Shown here piece after piece: positions 1 through 9,724 of a DNA stretch of 48,763 nucleotides. Position numbers and translations under genes: made by a program. This DNA comes from a virus. Taxonomy: Duplodnaviria; Caudoviricetes. The notes below the pieces were generated by a model, which saw only the letters and a list, made by a program, of their open reading frames with translations, had not been told where the DNA came from and made no database searches. The DNA lies in the IMG/VR virus record IMGVR_UViG_3300021961_000149, positions 1 through 48,763 of that record. The stretch is one strand, 5' to 3'. Numbering within the stretch: the first letter of the stretch is position 1; every line of letters starts with the position of its first letter.

Positions 1-457
1 TAGCTGCTTTATTTTTTACCTCATCCAGACCTCTTGGAACATGCACATTGAACTGCATAAGTCCTTGTGCGTTTCTGCCTAGCGGTTGTAATACTGAGTT
101 CTGTAGGTCTACTTGCTGTTTTGCTAAATCTCTTATAAGTCCGCCAGATGTTCTAGCATGATCTCTAAAAGTATTAAAGTATTGATTTAGCTTTAATTTT
201 CCGCCATCTAAATTTTTTCCAAACTTTTCTACATCTGATTGTAGGCTTACAAAGTGTGTTGAAAATTGTCCAGTACTTCTAAGGGTGTCAGAAAATGATC
301 TATTCATGACAGCAATTTGATTTGCCATCATCTTATTAGAGTTAGCTAATTGTTCTTGTAATTTTGATAGGCTGGCAGTAACCTTATGCACATCGGCAAT
401 AAGGGCTGAAAAGTCGGCGTTAGCGACTATGCGGGTACTGATTGTTTCGTCAGCCAT
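1..457 (-). CDS. Tape measure protein, N-terminal part (runs off window)
   Basis: Manually read ORF MADETISTRIVANADFSALIADVHKV..., open to the window edge, directly downstream of the tail chaperones. Confidence 0.8.
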   Translation of the reverse strand, partial: MADETISTRIVANADFSALIADVHKVTASLSKLQEQLANSNKMMANQIAVMNRSFSDTLRSTGQFSTHFVSLQSDVEKFGKNLDGGKLKLNQYFNTFRDHARTSGGLIRDLAKQQVDLQNSVLQPLGRNAQGLMQFNVHVPRGLDEVKNKAA

Positions 458-467
458 TTATATTAAA

Positions 468-836
468 CTACTCCCTGGAGTATCCTAATCCCGCTCCAAT
501 TCCAAATCCAGCTTGCGCTGCGAAATTTCCTTGTAGCGAAACAACATCGTTGCTAGTGGCATTTATTCCTGCTGCTCTCAAACGAATGTCTTCGAAACTA
601 GGGCCTCCTTTTTTATCATCTTCGTACTCACCTATTTCTACTCCCTTTAAAGATGCAAAGAACTTTTTATCTTCATGATCCTTTTTCTTTAAAGCTTTTA
701 AAGTATTAATAAGTTCTGGCATTGATAAATTTTCTTCAAGTTCATCGTAATTTTTCCAATGTCCTAAAAGAAAAACTTCTCCTTCTAAAGCGGCTAAATC
801 TAGTTCTGACCAGCCAGAACCGCTGCCGCTAGTAGG
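468..836 (-). CDS. Tail assembly chaperone, -1 frameshift extension (gpT-like)
   Basis: The frame of ORF 468..722 stays open upstream (PTSGSGSGWSELDLAALEGEVFLLGHWKNY...) as far as the slippery site at 836-842. Confidence 0.8.
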   Translation of the reverse strand, partial: PTSGSGSGWSELDLAALEGEVFLLGHWKNYDELEENLSMPELINTLKALKKKDHEDKKFFASLKGVEIGEYEDDKKGGPSFEDIRLRAAGINATSNDVVSLQGNFAAQAGFGIGAGLGYSRE

Positions 837-1132
837 TTTGGGTCGTCAAGCTTAATCCCTCCGCAAACTTCAAGAATGCGATTCATTGTTGGAACATCAA
901 TAGCATCTTCAAATGCTTCTCTGTCTGCTACAAGTTCTGGTAGCTGTTTCTCTAGTGCAATTGCACATGCATCAATTAGGATATTTAGTGTGTCATCCTC
1001 TGTTTGTGACTCTGCTGTCTTCTTAATAGCTATCATGAACTTACGAAGTTCTTTAATTGATAGTGGTTTTAGCTTTACGGTCTGCCCGTTTTGTAGCTGT
1101 ACCTCTTCTACGTTATATACTGTTGTTGCCAA
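800..1132 (-). CDS. Tail assembly chaperone (gpG-like)
   Basis: 110 aa between major tail and tape measure genes; AGGAGG RBS, TTG start. Confidence 0.8.
   Translation of the reverse strand: MATTVYNVEEVQLQNGQTVKLKPLSIKELRKFMIAIKKTAESQTEDDTLNILIDACAIALEKQLPELVADREAFEDAIDVPTMNRILEVCGGIKLDDPNLLAAAVLAGQN
836..842 (-). other. -1 ribosomal frameshift slippery heptamer C CCA AAC
   Basis: X XXY YYZ pattern in frame; the -1 frame opens just before it (TGA CGA CCC AAA CCT). Confidence 0.8.
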
Positions 1133-1194
1133 TTTAATCCTCCTAGGATCTAGTCATAATCATTATACTAAAAGAAATATACTAATACAACCAC

Positions 1195-1222
1195 AAAGGC
1201 CCCCAATTTCTTGGGGGCCCTG
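1195..1222 (-). terminator. Intrinsic terminator after major tail gene
   Basis: GGCCCCCAA-N4-TTGGGGGCC hairpin followed by TTTG on the minus strand. Confidence 0.65.
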
Positions 1223-1240
1223 TAGATAATTATTTAATTA

Positions 1241-1963
1241 TTATACAACCAATACACGGTCAATAATCTTACCGTATTCTTGTCCTTCGTAGCCGCTCAT
1301 AGCGGTTGGGAGTAGACGGAATGTTACTGGGAATGTAGTTGGGGCTGATCTTGCCAATGTGAAAGCTGATTGCTGCACTGACAAAACACGACGTGCATAA
1401 TATACACGCTCTGTCTGAGCACCTGCTGTAGTTGGTGCTTGACCAACTGCAATAAGTTGACGCTCTGTTGGTGCAATACCAAGAGCTCCAGCTGCAATAC
1501 CTAGAGTATCCTTCTTTGATGTACCAGTTCCTGAAGAAATAATTGTGTTATTCTGAGAAATTGCGGTATTGTTAGTTGGATCATCTGGCTGACCGAAAAT
1601 AACTAGAACGTTCTCTAGTGTACCTTCTGACATTTCAGTTGCGATCATAACCTCCATTGCTGACTTGAACAGCTTAGCTGTATCAAGGAGCTGATCCACT
1701 GTTACTGAATCATATGTTGGGTTGTAAGTAATCTGCAAACCGTTGTTTGTAAAACCTACGTTTCTGTAGTAGAATGTTCCAGAATCTTTTGCGTTAAGAG
1801 TATCTGTATAAGATACGCCTGTAGCAAATGCTGAAGCATTTGTTGTTCCTGGCTCGGAATTCTCGTATGTTGCGTATCCTGAAGTTGTTGAGTCAATGTT
1901 TGAAATGAACAACGGGGATGCACCGACGAGAATATTTTTAGCATTACCTGCGTTTTGTGCCAT
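1241..1963 (-). CDS. Major tail (tube) protein
   Basis: 240 aa; NVGFTNNGLQITYNP and TFPVTFRLLP tail-tube-like motifs; GGAGG RBS; synteny. Confidence 0.8.
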   Translation of the reverse strand: MAQNAGNAKNILVGASPLFISNIDSTTSGYATYENSEPGTTNASAFATGVSYTDTLNAKDSGTFYYRNVGFTNNGLQITYNPTYDSVTVDQLLDTAKLFKSAMEVMIATEMSEGTLENVLVIFGQPDDPTNNTAISQNNTIISSGTGTSKKDTLGIAAGALGIAPTERQLIAVGQAPTTAGAQTERVYYARRVLSVQQSAFTLARSAPTTFPVTFRLLPTAMSGYEGQEYGKIIDRVLVV

Positions 1964-2084
1964 GTGTTTCTTACCTCCTATATTTCAATATATATATATA
2001 TCTTGTTAAAATCTTAAATTAAAGCTGGCTAGGCTTCTTTCCTCTTAGGATAAGTTTATTCCATTATTGGTAAAAAGGCAAACC

Positions 2085-2597
2085 TTAGAGGAACCTGCCC
2101 TGGCCGTCTGTAATTCTTGAATACTTAATTTCCAGTATGATTTCAGTCGAAAAGAATCCTTGTAGCTCTTCTGAAGGGGCTGTAGGGGATATATCAGCTA
2201 TATGGACTGAATGGAACTTAAATTTATCGGATAGCCCAGACCACTTATTAATACTTCTTGCCGATTCGTCTACACGCCTAAACTCGTCAGTCATATAGTT
2301 TCTAATTTCATTGATTTCTGAGATATCAGTAGAGTATATAGTAAAGAGTATCTGCTCACAGCAAATGAGCCAGTTGTCCTCATATGACATTCCGATCTTG
2401 TCATAGACTATATGCTTCTTTCCGCTCAAGAACTGATTCATTTCTGCTGACTGCTGAACTGGAATGATTGGAATGATGTTTTCGTTTAAATTGTCTGACC
2501 AATAATCGTCTTCATCAAATATGTTTCTGGTATAAAGTTCTTTCCAGAGATACTTTCTCAACTCTAGCATTGCATCTAATTTATAATTTGCTGTCAC
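2085..2597 (-). CDS. Tail terminator/completion protein (putative)
   Basis: 170 aa; position immediately upstream of the major tail gene. Confidence 0.5.
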   Translation of the reverse strand: MTANYKLDAMLELRKYLWKELYTRNIFDEDDYWSDNLNENIIPIIPVQQSAEMNQFLSGKKHIVYDKIGMSYEDNWLICCEQILFTIYSTDISEINEIRNYMTDEFRRVDESARSINKWSGLSDKFKFHSVHIADISPTAPSEELQGFFSTEIILEIKYSRITDGQGRFL

Positions 2598-3376
2598 ATT
2601 GCACCGCCAAACGAAGCTGTCAGAGCAGCATCTGCTTGAGACCTAATAGCATTTGGAGAAAAAGAATACTGAACTTTTTTAATATTAGAAGGAACTCTTA
2701 GTGCCTTAGTCATGCTTGAATTAAATATTTTTTGAAAGCCAGATCTTTTAATAGATTCATTTACTAGCCTTCCGCTAAAAAATCTTGAGTGTGCTAAAGT
2801 AAATTGACTACGAGCTGCTGATCCTCCAGGTCTTTTAACTGTAACAGATTGACCTTTGGGCATAAATATTGTTTCGCCATCTTGTTCAAAAACTAGTCTT
2901 TCTGAATTTTTTGGCTTTATTACTAAAGGCTTACCCTCTTCAATAATTGCAGCTTTGTTTACAAACACATGTCTGCGTCTTCCATTATTTGAAGGAACCA
3001 TAGACTTAGAAGGAAGCAATTCATAATCTATTCTAAAAGATAGGCCTTCTCCAATAAGCTTTTTAAGCTTAAATAATCTTGCTGTTTTATTACCAGTCTT
3101 TTTCCATTCATAGACATGATGAAGAGACTTGGGCCTAGATCTAGCCAATGCATCTATATAATTTCCAAAATCTAAATTTATCTGATCAAACATTATTTTT
3201 GTAAATGCATTCTGAAATGGTTTATTTGTTGTTAGCTTAGATATAACAGAAGCCTCATAATATACAAATGCTGATATCTGAGCTACCGTGCTATCTTTTA
3301 AAGGTCCGTTTTGATTTGCGTACATCATTCTTTCTAGTCCGCTTGCCGCTTGAACCAACATTCCGCTATTGTCCAA
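2594..3376 (-). CDS. Neck/tail completion protein (putative)
   Basis: 260 aa basic protein within the head-tail joining module. Confidence 0.45.
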   Translation of the reverse strand: MDNSGMLVQAASGLERMMYANQNGPLKDSTVAQISAFVYYEASVISKLTTNKPFQNAFTKIMFDQINLDFGNYIDALARSRPKSLHHVYEWKKTGNKTARLFKLKKLIGEGLSFRIDYELLPSKSMVPSNNGRRRHVFVNKAAIIEEGKPLVIKPKNSERLVFEQDGETIFMPKGQSVTVKRPGGSAARSQFTLAHSRFFSGRLVNESIKRSGFQKIFNSSMTKALRVPSNIKKVQYSFSPNAIRSQADAALTASFGGAM

Positions 3377-3794
3377 TTTGCTGATTCTCCGATCTCTTCA
3401 TTGACGAGTTGTATCCAATTACTCTTCCAAAGGGATCTGTAATTGGTGTTGTTCCCATTACCTCAAATACGGTTGGGGTCTCGTTTGGAAAATTTATTTC
3501 TGTCCATATTGGCGTACCATTTTGATCACGAATGTTTGTGACCTTTTCTCTAGAGACCAATCTATCTGATGTTCTTACCTGAATAATTTGATCATTAATG
3601 TACTTGTTGCTAAATATTTGTTTATCGCTAGATCTGGTTGTAGCAGAGTTGCTTATAACTCCTTTAGCATGACAATTAATTGTTTTGTAATAATTCCACT
3701 CTCTTTTTATAGCACCCGTATCTGGATCCTGCATATCAGATTGACGATAAACGTCTAGATGCATGGAAAGAACTGATTCTATTAGCTCATTCAT
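3366..3794 (-). CDS. Head closure (stopper) protein (putative)
   Basis: 142 aa, beta-rich; DPDTGA...W pattern; follows the adaptor gene. Confidence 0.55.
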   Translation of the reverse strand: MNELIESVLSMHLDVYRQSDMQDPDTGAIKREWNYYKTINCHAKGVISNSATTRSSDKQIFSNKYINDQIIQVRTSDRLVSREKVTNIRDQNGTPIWTEINFPNETPTVFEVMGTTPITDPFGRVIGYNSSMKRSENQQIGQ

Positions 3795-4771
3795 TACAAC
3801 AACATGACCTGAGAAATTACGTAATTAGACAGTAGTTGATCTACATACAAATTACCAGTTCCAGAGGTTGCCTCTCCAGAGTATTCAAAATCCCAGTCAA
3901 ACGTTGAAATCTTTTTAATATACTTATTCTTCCAAGTATTATCTTTTGAAAAATAGTCTTTCATTAATTCTATACATGCCAACTCTACTTCGTCTGGAAC
4001 CTCTTCATATCCAAATCTTGCATAAACTTGATACCTAGATCCTTGTTTGAAAAAGTCTACCGAATCATGGATACTAGGTGGCACCATTCCGTTAGCAGTA
4101 TATACTGTATTATCAAGTGCCGAAGTTCTATCTATTCTTAATCCAAAGCCGTTTTCAGTGATATTTAATCCTTTGCCCCAATTATTTATAGGAGGATTAG
4201 ATAATTTATTTACCAGCAAATAATCGTTGGCATAAAGACTATGCAACTGAATTATTTTAGAGTTTAATATTAATGTATCAGAATCGTTTCCATGCACTAA
4301 ATGTGTCTCGTCATATGGATAAAAGTTTTGACCAGTATAATTTTCAATTACTTTACGAGCATATCTTTCAGCCAATACTAATTCTGCGTATGATTTATAA
4401 TTAGGATCTGATCTATCTCCACCGTAATTTAGCTCTTCACGAGTCTGCTCTAAATCAGTATAGGATTTTACGACATAAAGATTATGTTCTTTTGTTTGCG
4501 CTATACCCATTACGTTATATGCCCAACGCAGCTTTAATGTCCTAATTCTTGAGACAACATTTTGAGGAAGAAATACTTGATATACTCCAACATCCGTTTC
4601 AACTTTTTCTGCTGTTAATGTTGCTTGAATTGTGGTAGGAGAAACTGGATTAATTGGATCATTTGTTATGTCATAAACTAGTACTGTTGGAAGGTTATCA
4701 GAGTCTTGCTCTTCACCCCTCCAATAAACTTTATGCTTTATTCCTGCCGTAGATCCTACATAAATCTCCAT
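3794..4771 (-). CDS. Head-tail adaptor (gp6/gp15-like) with extra N-terminal domain
   Basis: AERYARKVIENYTGQNF and GYEEVPDEVELACIELM motifs typical of connector adaptors. Confidence 0.65.
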   Translation of the reverse strand: MEIYVGSTAGIKHKVYWRGEEQDSDNLPTVLVYDITNDPINPVSPTTIQATLTAEKVETDVGVYQVFLPQNVVSRIRTLKLRWAYNVMGIAQTKEHNLYVVKSYTDLEQTREELNYGGDRSDPNYKSYAELVLAERYARKVIENYTGQNFYPYDETHLVHGNDSDTLILNSKIIQLHSLYANDYLLVNKLSNPPINNWGKGLNITENGFGLRIDRTSALDNTVYTANGMVPPSIHDSVDFFKQGSRYQVYARFGYEEVPDEVELACIELMKDYFSKDNTWKNKYIKKISTFDWDFEYSGEATSGTGNLYVDQLLSNYVISQVMLL

Positions 4772-4784
4772 AGTGTAGGCTTAG

Positions 4785-5186
4785 TTAGTTGTAATACTCC
4801 TGGACTTCCTTTGGAGTTGCTAATCTAAAGCCGTCCTCCTTATCAAAAATTTCTTGAGCGTATTCTTTGCTCATTGCAATAAATGGGTGCTCTTTTGTGA
4901 ACGTAAATCCCATAATATCATACCTAAAATTATCTCTAGTCATTCTTACTAATACTGTGTTCTCTGGCTGATCCGCCTTTGGGTCAAACTTAGGTAGTAC
5001 CTCTGTTGCCATGTCTTCAGAATCCTCTTCCATCTTTTCAATGGTCTTGTTATATACAGACCAAGTTACGCCTTCTTCTGCGAGGGCTGCAATAATGTCG
5101 GCTTTGTTCTTTAGGCCTTCTGTTTCAACTGCAAAATCTTCTGCAATTTTCTTTAGTTCTGATACTTTCAATGTCTCAAATGACAT
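4785..5186 (-). CDS. Protein with Rho-N/SAP-like N-terminal helical motif
   Basis: LKVSELKKIA...GLKNKADIIAAL; directly downstream of the capsid gene. Confidence 0.55.
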   Translation of the reverse strand: MSFETLKVSELKKIAEDFAVETEGLKNKADIIAALAEEGVTWSVYNKTIEKMEEDSEDMATEVLPKFDPKADQPENTVLVRMTRDNFRYDIMGFTFTKEHPFIAMSKEYAQEIFDKEDGFRLATPKEVQEYYN

Positions 5187-5238
5187 GTAAATCTCCTGTT
5201 TCTACTTATAACAATTATAGCATTATTAAATTAAAATG

Positions 5239-5272
5239 AAAAGCCCCCCAAAAATTAATTTAGGGGGCATTT
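5239..5272 (-). terminator. Intrinsic terminator after capsid gene
   Basis: GCCCCC/GGGGGC stem followed by TTTT on the minus strand. Confidence 0.6.
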
Positions 5273-5293
5273 CGGGGATCTAAATCCTAATAA

Positions 5294-6340
5294 TTAGGAA
5301 GCGACCTTAACGTTCTTTACAACGACCCAAGCGTCTGCTTGCTCGATTTGGCATCCTACACGAGTATACATTGTGTACTCAACGGAGTCCTTACGTGGCC
5401 AGAAGAATCGATATACGGTTACGTCACGCTTGATACCAATAACTACGTTATTTGGGAATGTCAAGTGGATATCTCCGTGTGATCCTGTTGGATTTGAATA
5501 GTCACCAGTTTGAGTTTCTGGAAGTAGTGGTACTTCAACAATCGGAATACCGAATGCGAATGGTGCCACAAATCCTGCTGCTCCACCTAGTGCTGATACG
5601 CCTTGTCCACGGATAACGCTTGATGCGATATCTTCTGGATTAGCTGTTCCTGCAGTGATGCTGTTCTTGTACAAGAAATCTTGAATCAAGTTTGATCCTG
5701 CTAGGAAGCGAAGGTCTCCACGACGTTGCTTGTACTTACGTGGCATTGCCTTAAGAGCCTTATTAAATGCTTCACGGCTGATTTCTGCACCGTTGTTATC
5801 AACAACACGTCCATTAGCCTTTGATTTTGCAACTACACCCTGGAATGCTGAAAGCAATCCTGTGCCAGTTCCTGTACCGTTAAGGATTACATCCTCAATA
5901 TCGTTACCTGCCTGTGTTGCCATCAAACGTGCAATGTGATCTTCAAGATCTGCACCTTCGATATTATCTTCTAGAGATTCTGTTGAAAGCTCCCAGTCCA
6001 TGCGGAGTTTCTTTGTTGTAAGAGAGATCTTTGAGAAGGTAACAGCAGCATTTGTGCCAGTGTTATCTCCTTCAGCAGCGACAGTCATAAGTCTTTCGCC
6101 AACTGACATACGATCAATCTCAGTGGTATCTGCTCTCATTCGGACAGTACGTGCAACTTTACCAATTACGGTAGCATCGAACATGTAGTCTAGGAAGCGA
6201 GCTGATTGTTCTGGATTAAGCAATCCACCGTTTCCTTGTTCGGAAGCACGGTGTACGCCTGTTCCACCTGTAGTGGAAGCAAATGTACCTGTTGCAGTTG
6301 TTCCTGCAGCAATTGCTTTTTCTAATGTTTCATTACTCAT
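5294..6340 (-). CDS. Major capsid protein (HK97 fold)
   Basis: GGLLNPEQSARF, ELSTESLEDNIEG, ILNGTG and FGIPIVEVP motifs; start reassigned to MSNETLE after AAGGTAGGTG. Confidence 0.9.
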   Translation of the reverse strand: MSNETLEKAIAAGTTATGTFASTTGGTGVHRASEQGNGGLLNPEQSARFLDYMFDATVIGKVARTVRMRADTTEIDRMSVGERLMTVAAEGDNTGTNAAVTFSKISLTTKKLRMDWELSTESLEDNIEGADLEDHIARLMATQAGNDIEDVILNGTGTGTGLLSAFQGVVAKSKANGRVVDNNGAEISREAFNKALKAMPRKYKQRRGDLRFLAGSNLIQDFLYKNSITAGTANPEDIASSVIRGQGVSALGGAAGFVAPFAFGIPIVEVPLLPETQTGDYSNPTGSHGDIHLTFPNNVVIGIKRDVTVYRFFWPRKDSVEYTMYTRVGCQIEQADAWVVVKNVKVAS

Positions 6341-6363
6341 TTTATATTTCACCTACCTTATTT

Positions 6364-7692
6364 TTAGTTAAAAATTTCGTTCACGGAACCGAGGAAAGAA
6401 CCGTTCCACTTTGATTTTTTGATTGTTACTTCCTGAGACCCGCCAAGGTCCGAGGACTTCTTAATTGCAGTCTCTGATTCTACTGCATCGACACGCTTTT
6501 CTACACCATCAATCGTGTTCTTGATATTTTCTACAGCCTTTGAAAGGGCTGCGTGTTGTTCTGCCAACTCTGAAATTCGGCCATCTACGCTCTTGCTAAA
6601 TGTTTCAACTGTATCTTTAATAGCTGAAACCTGTGCTGCATTTGCTTCTGAAGCCTTGTTCAATGTCTCTGAGAAAAATCCCTTAAGATCGCCAAGCATC
6701 TTTGCAAAATCAGGTTCATCAACCATAACTTCTGATACGTCGGCTGCTTTTTCTAGAGTTTCGGCAGAAGCGTCTGCTACTGCATCTGCAGGAGCTTCTT
6801 CAACAGCTGGTGCTTCCTCTGCGGGAGCAACTACTGCTGTGTCTTCTACGGTTGCTTCTGGTGCTACTGCATCTTCTGCAACTACGTTTTCTGTATTTTC
6901 TGACACTTCTTTACCTCCTTCTATGTCTGCCTGTTTTGCAATTTGTGTTTCAGGCATCGACAATCTTGACTTTTTATGTAAATCAAGAATCTTATCTATT
7001 TCTTTTGCTTTGTTAACATCGTTTGATTCAACCCAACCGATTAAGGTTGCAGGCTTACCTGTAACTGGAGAATCATATGATGACTCTGTCGATACAAATA
7101 CTGAATCGCTATCTGCACAATAAAAAATATTTTCTGCTACAACTTCTGTTGCCATTCCTTTAAATACTAGCTGTCCGTTCATTTTCTGAACAGACAAGAT
7201 GTTGCATAGTTCGTTTGCTGGAGAGTCAACAACTGACAACTCCATCAATGCGTATTCTTTAATAAATCTTACTGGCTTACCAGTAGACTTGTTAACTTCG
7301 TTTTCTGAATCTACAATCTTTCCGCCGATTGAGAATCCTGCTAGAGTTCCATCAAGAATCTTTTCCCAAGTATCTTGTGCACCCTTTGAGATATATGCGT
7401 CAACATAAACTCCATTATAAAATTCTTTTGTTGTTGGATCATAAAATGTTTCTGGCTTAAAAGAAACCATTTTGCCAACTGCATTTGATCCATGCATTTC
7501 ACGAATGTTTCCACGGAAACTTTCAAATGCTTTTAGACTTGCTTCAGCGGTGACAACATCACCAGTCTGGTCAACATTGTCTAATGTCGCAAATCCTGAG
7601 ACTGTTCTTTTTTCACGGTTAACTTTGGTAAATGGCACGGACAACGTAATGTTGTCGCCATGCGAAGACCAAAGAGATTTCTCAATATTCAT
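6364..7692 (-). CDS. Prohead protease fused to scaffold-like region
   Basis: VSGFAT...EMH...GFSIGG...ELSVVDSPAN HK97 protease motifs; acidic Ala/Glu linker and coiled-coil C-terminus. Confidence 0.85.
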   Translation of the reverse strand: MNIEKSLWSSHGDNITLSVPFTKVNREKRTVSGFATLDNVDQTGDVVTAEASLKAFESFRGNIREMHGSNAVGKMVSFKPETFYDPTTKEFYNGVYVDAYISKGAQDTWEKILDGTLAGFSIGGKIVDSENEVNKSTGKPVRFIKEYALMELSVVDSPANELCNILSVQKMNGQLVFKGMATEVVAENIFYCADSDSVFVSTESSYDSPVTGKPATLIGWVESNDVNKAKEIDKILDLHKKSRLSMPETQIAKQADIEGGKEVSENTENVVAEDAVAPEATVEDTAVVAPAEEAPAVEEAPADAVADASAETLEKAADVSEVMVDEPDFAKMLGDLKGFFSETLNKASEANAAQVSAIKDTVETFSKSVDGRISELAEQHAALSKAVENIKNTIDGVEKRVDAVESETAIKKSSDLGGSQEVTIKKSKWNGSFLGSVNEIFN

Positions 7693-7745
7693 ATGCTTAA
7701 TTTTATAACGTTATTGTATATAAGGCAAATAATGGTTGAGTAGGG

Positions 7746-9326
7746 TTAGTCGACTTGCCTTCCGTCGCCTTGAGTATTTCGGCCTTCTCCAGAAATATCT
7801 GGTGAATTTGCAGACCTCTCAGAATCTCTATTTCTAGTTTTTCCAGCCTGTGCTCGGACTTCTGCCTGTTGCTGTGGCTTTAATTGTACTACTTGATCCC
7901 CTCCATCAAGAGGAACCATACCCATTCTAATTCTAACTTCATTAGGGGTAATTACCTGCATTCTTAAATATCGTTCATCAATTTTTGACTGAGTATCTTC
8001 GTCGGTCAAAGTAAGCTCATTAAATTTAAGAAGTAGGGCGTCTGTCATTTCTTCAACAATTTTATTTAATTTCTTTTCTAAATTCATTTGAGCTGGACGA
8101 CAGACTTGTTCTCTAAAGGTTTTATCAGCATCTCTAGCCACCGCCAAATTAACTCCTTCTGGAGTTCCAATTTTATTAATTGGGACACGGTGAGATAATA
8201 GGATTTCATCTCTATTGGATTTACGATATACGTTAAATGAAGACTCTTGAGTTCCTGCCTCAATTGGCTCCATCTTAAATTCAACCTTAGCGTCTGGGGT
8301 ATCTGCAGGAAGCGGAATATATAGAGACCTATGGTTCTTACCTCTTAACCCAACCTGGAAAAATTCTAAAAGCTTACGCTCTGATTCTGGCGAAAGCTTT
8401 GCACCTTTTACTGTAATAATATATCTTGGGACCGCCTTGTTTTCAAAATAATCAAGATTGTACTTTCCAGCAAACTCGTTTCCAGCCATAGCATTTGAAG
8501 ATGCTACGATATCTGGAATACCGTAGTAGTTATTTGTTGGTGTATATTTCTTTAAATGAATAATTTCATTTGGTCTATCTAGTCCGCCTGCAATTGGGTT
8601 CTCTGTTTCTTGATCTCCAAAGTTACGGAAGAATACAGCCTTGCCATATAGCAATTGAATAAAGCCATCACGCAGGCGACGCACACGCATGGTCTTTGCT
8701 GGAATATGTCCGATATATCCTATCTTACCAGCAGAAGTTCTGCCAATTTCAATATATCCATTTCCTGTTGCTTCAACATCTGTGTAAGCCTTTATTAATG
8801 TTTCTGTAAATGTTTCTTCTTCGTTGCACTCTTCTAGCCAGTCATAAAGATCTTGGCGAAGTCTATTTAATTTTCTACGTGCTCTATCTAAAGACTTCTC
8901 ATCTGTTATGTTATCAAATGCTTCTTTAGTTTTTCTTGTCTCAACAAAATCGTGGCCTAGACCCACAATGTTTGAAACCTTGGCATTAATTGCTGAATAG
9001 TTATATGGTGAAATTTCATAAATGGTTGAAAGATAATCTAAATTATATGGCGGTTCAATAAGATCGAACATGGCATAACCAGTAATTGCTTGTGCCAATA
9101 AATTCTGTTGTGTAGCAGTTCCATCAATACCCTGGAATCTTTTTTGAAGATCACGATTCATTTTACGGCGGAATGATGCGCCAAGACCCGATACCTTTGT
9201 TAACTCTTCGCCCTCAATTTTAAATGGGTCATTGCTAGTAGATTGTGTTGGAGTATTAAACTTCATCCAGTCTGCTACATTAGAGATAGCAATCTCATTT
9301 GAATCTTCGTCTTGAACTTCAATCAT
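7746..9326 (-). CDS. Portal protein
   Basis: TGNGYIEI, EIIHLKKY..YYGIP, HRVP..KIG and ITPNEVR motifs. Confidence 0.9.
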   Translation of the reverse strand: MIEVQDEDSNEIAISNVADWMKFNTPTQSTSNDPFKIEGEELTKVSGLGASFRRKMNRDLQKRFQGIDGTATQQNLLAQAITGYAMFDLIEPPYNLDYLSTIYEISPYNYSAINAKVSNIVGLGHDFVETRKTKEAFDNITDEKSLDRARRKLNRLRQDLYDWLEECNEEETFTETLIKAYTDVEATGNGYIEIGRTSAGKIGYIGHIPAKTMRVRRLRDGFIQLLYGKAVFFRNFGDQETENPIAGGLDRPNEIIHLKKYTPTNNYYGIPDIVASSNAMAGNEFAGKYNLDYFENKAVPRYIITVKGAKLSPESERKLLEFFQVGLRGKNHRSLYIPLPADTPDAKVEFKMEPIEAGTQESSFNVYRKSNRDEILLSHRVPINKIGTPEGVNLAVARDADKTFREQVCRPAQMNLEKKLNKIVEEMTDALLLKFNELTLTDEDTQSKIDERYLRMQVITPNEVRIRMGMVPLDGGDQVVQLKPQQQAEVRAQAGKTRNRDSERSANSPDISGEGRNTQGDGRQVD

Positions 9327-9661
9327 CTTAAACCACCCAATTTTTTCATTTCATCTTTATAGCTTCCAATATCCAAAGGATCTGGAACTAGTCCCCACCT
9401 AAGTCTTTGTTGCTGTTCTTCGTATTCTTCGTCGTTAATCTTTCGTCGTGCTGAAAGAAATTTAGGCCCGCCCTCATATATACCAAATGAGCGAACTTCT
9501 CTAGCCAAAGCATCGATTCTGGATCTATTTCCTTTTCTGGACGTGACCGAAAGAAAGTTCCCATCGTCATCTCCAATCCAGCGTCCGTCTGGCATTTCCC
9601 AGACATAGATTCCTAAAGTAGACTCTTCTACCTCTGTCTGTCGGACATTTTTAATATTCAT
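9323..9661 (-). CDS. Hypothetical protein upstream of portal
   Basis: 112 aa; ATGA overlap with portal; leaderless -10 TAAAAT upstream. Confidence 0.7.
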   Translation of the reverse strand: MNIKNVRQTEVEESTLGIYVWEMPDGRWIGDDDGNFLSVTSRKGNRSRIDALAREVRSFGIYEGGPKFLSARRKINDEEYEEQQQRLRWGLVPDPLDIGSYKDEMKKLGGLR

Positions 9662-9724
9662 AGAAGTTTATTTTACCATCACTTGCTGTCTAAGTCCAGC
9701 TTTTTGTCATGTAAGGTGACAAAA

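Noticed and set aside
1988-2001. (AT)n microsatellite upstream of the major tail gene
   Set aside because: Short run in an AT-rich leader; no evidence for phase variation
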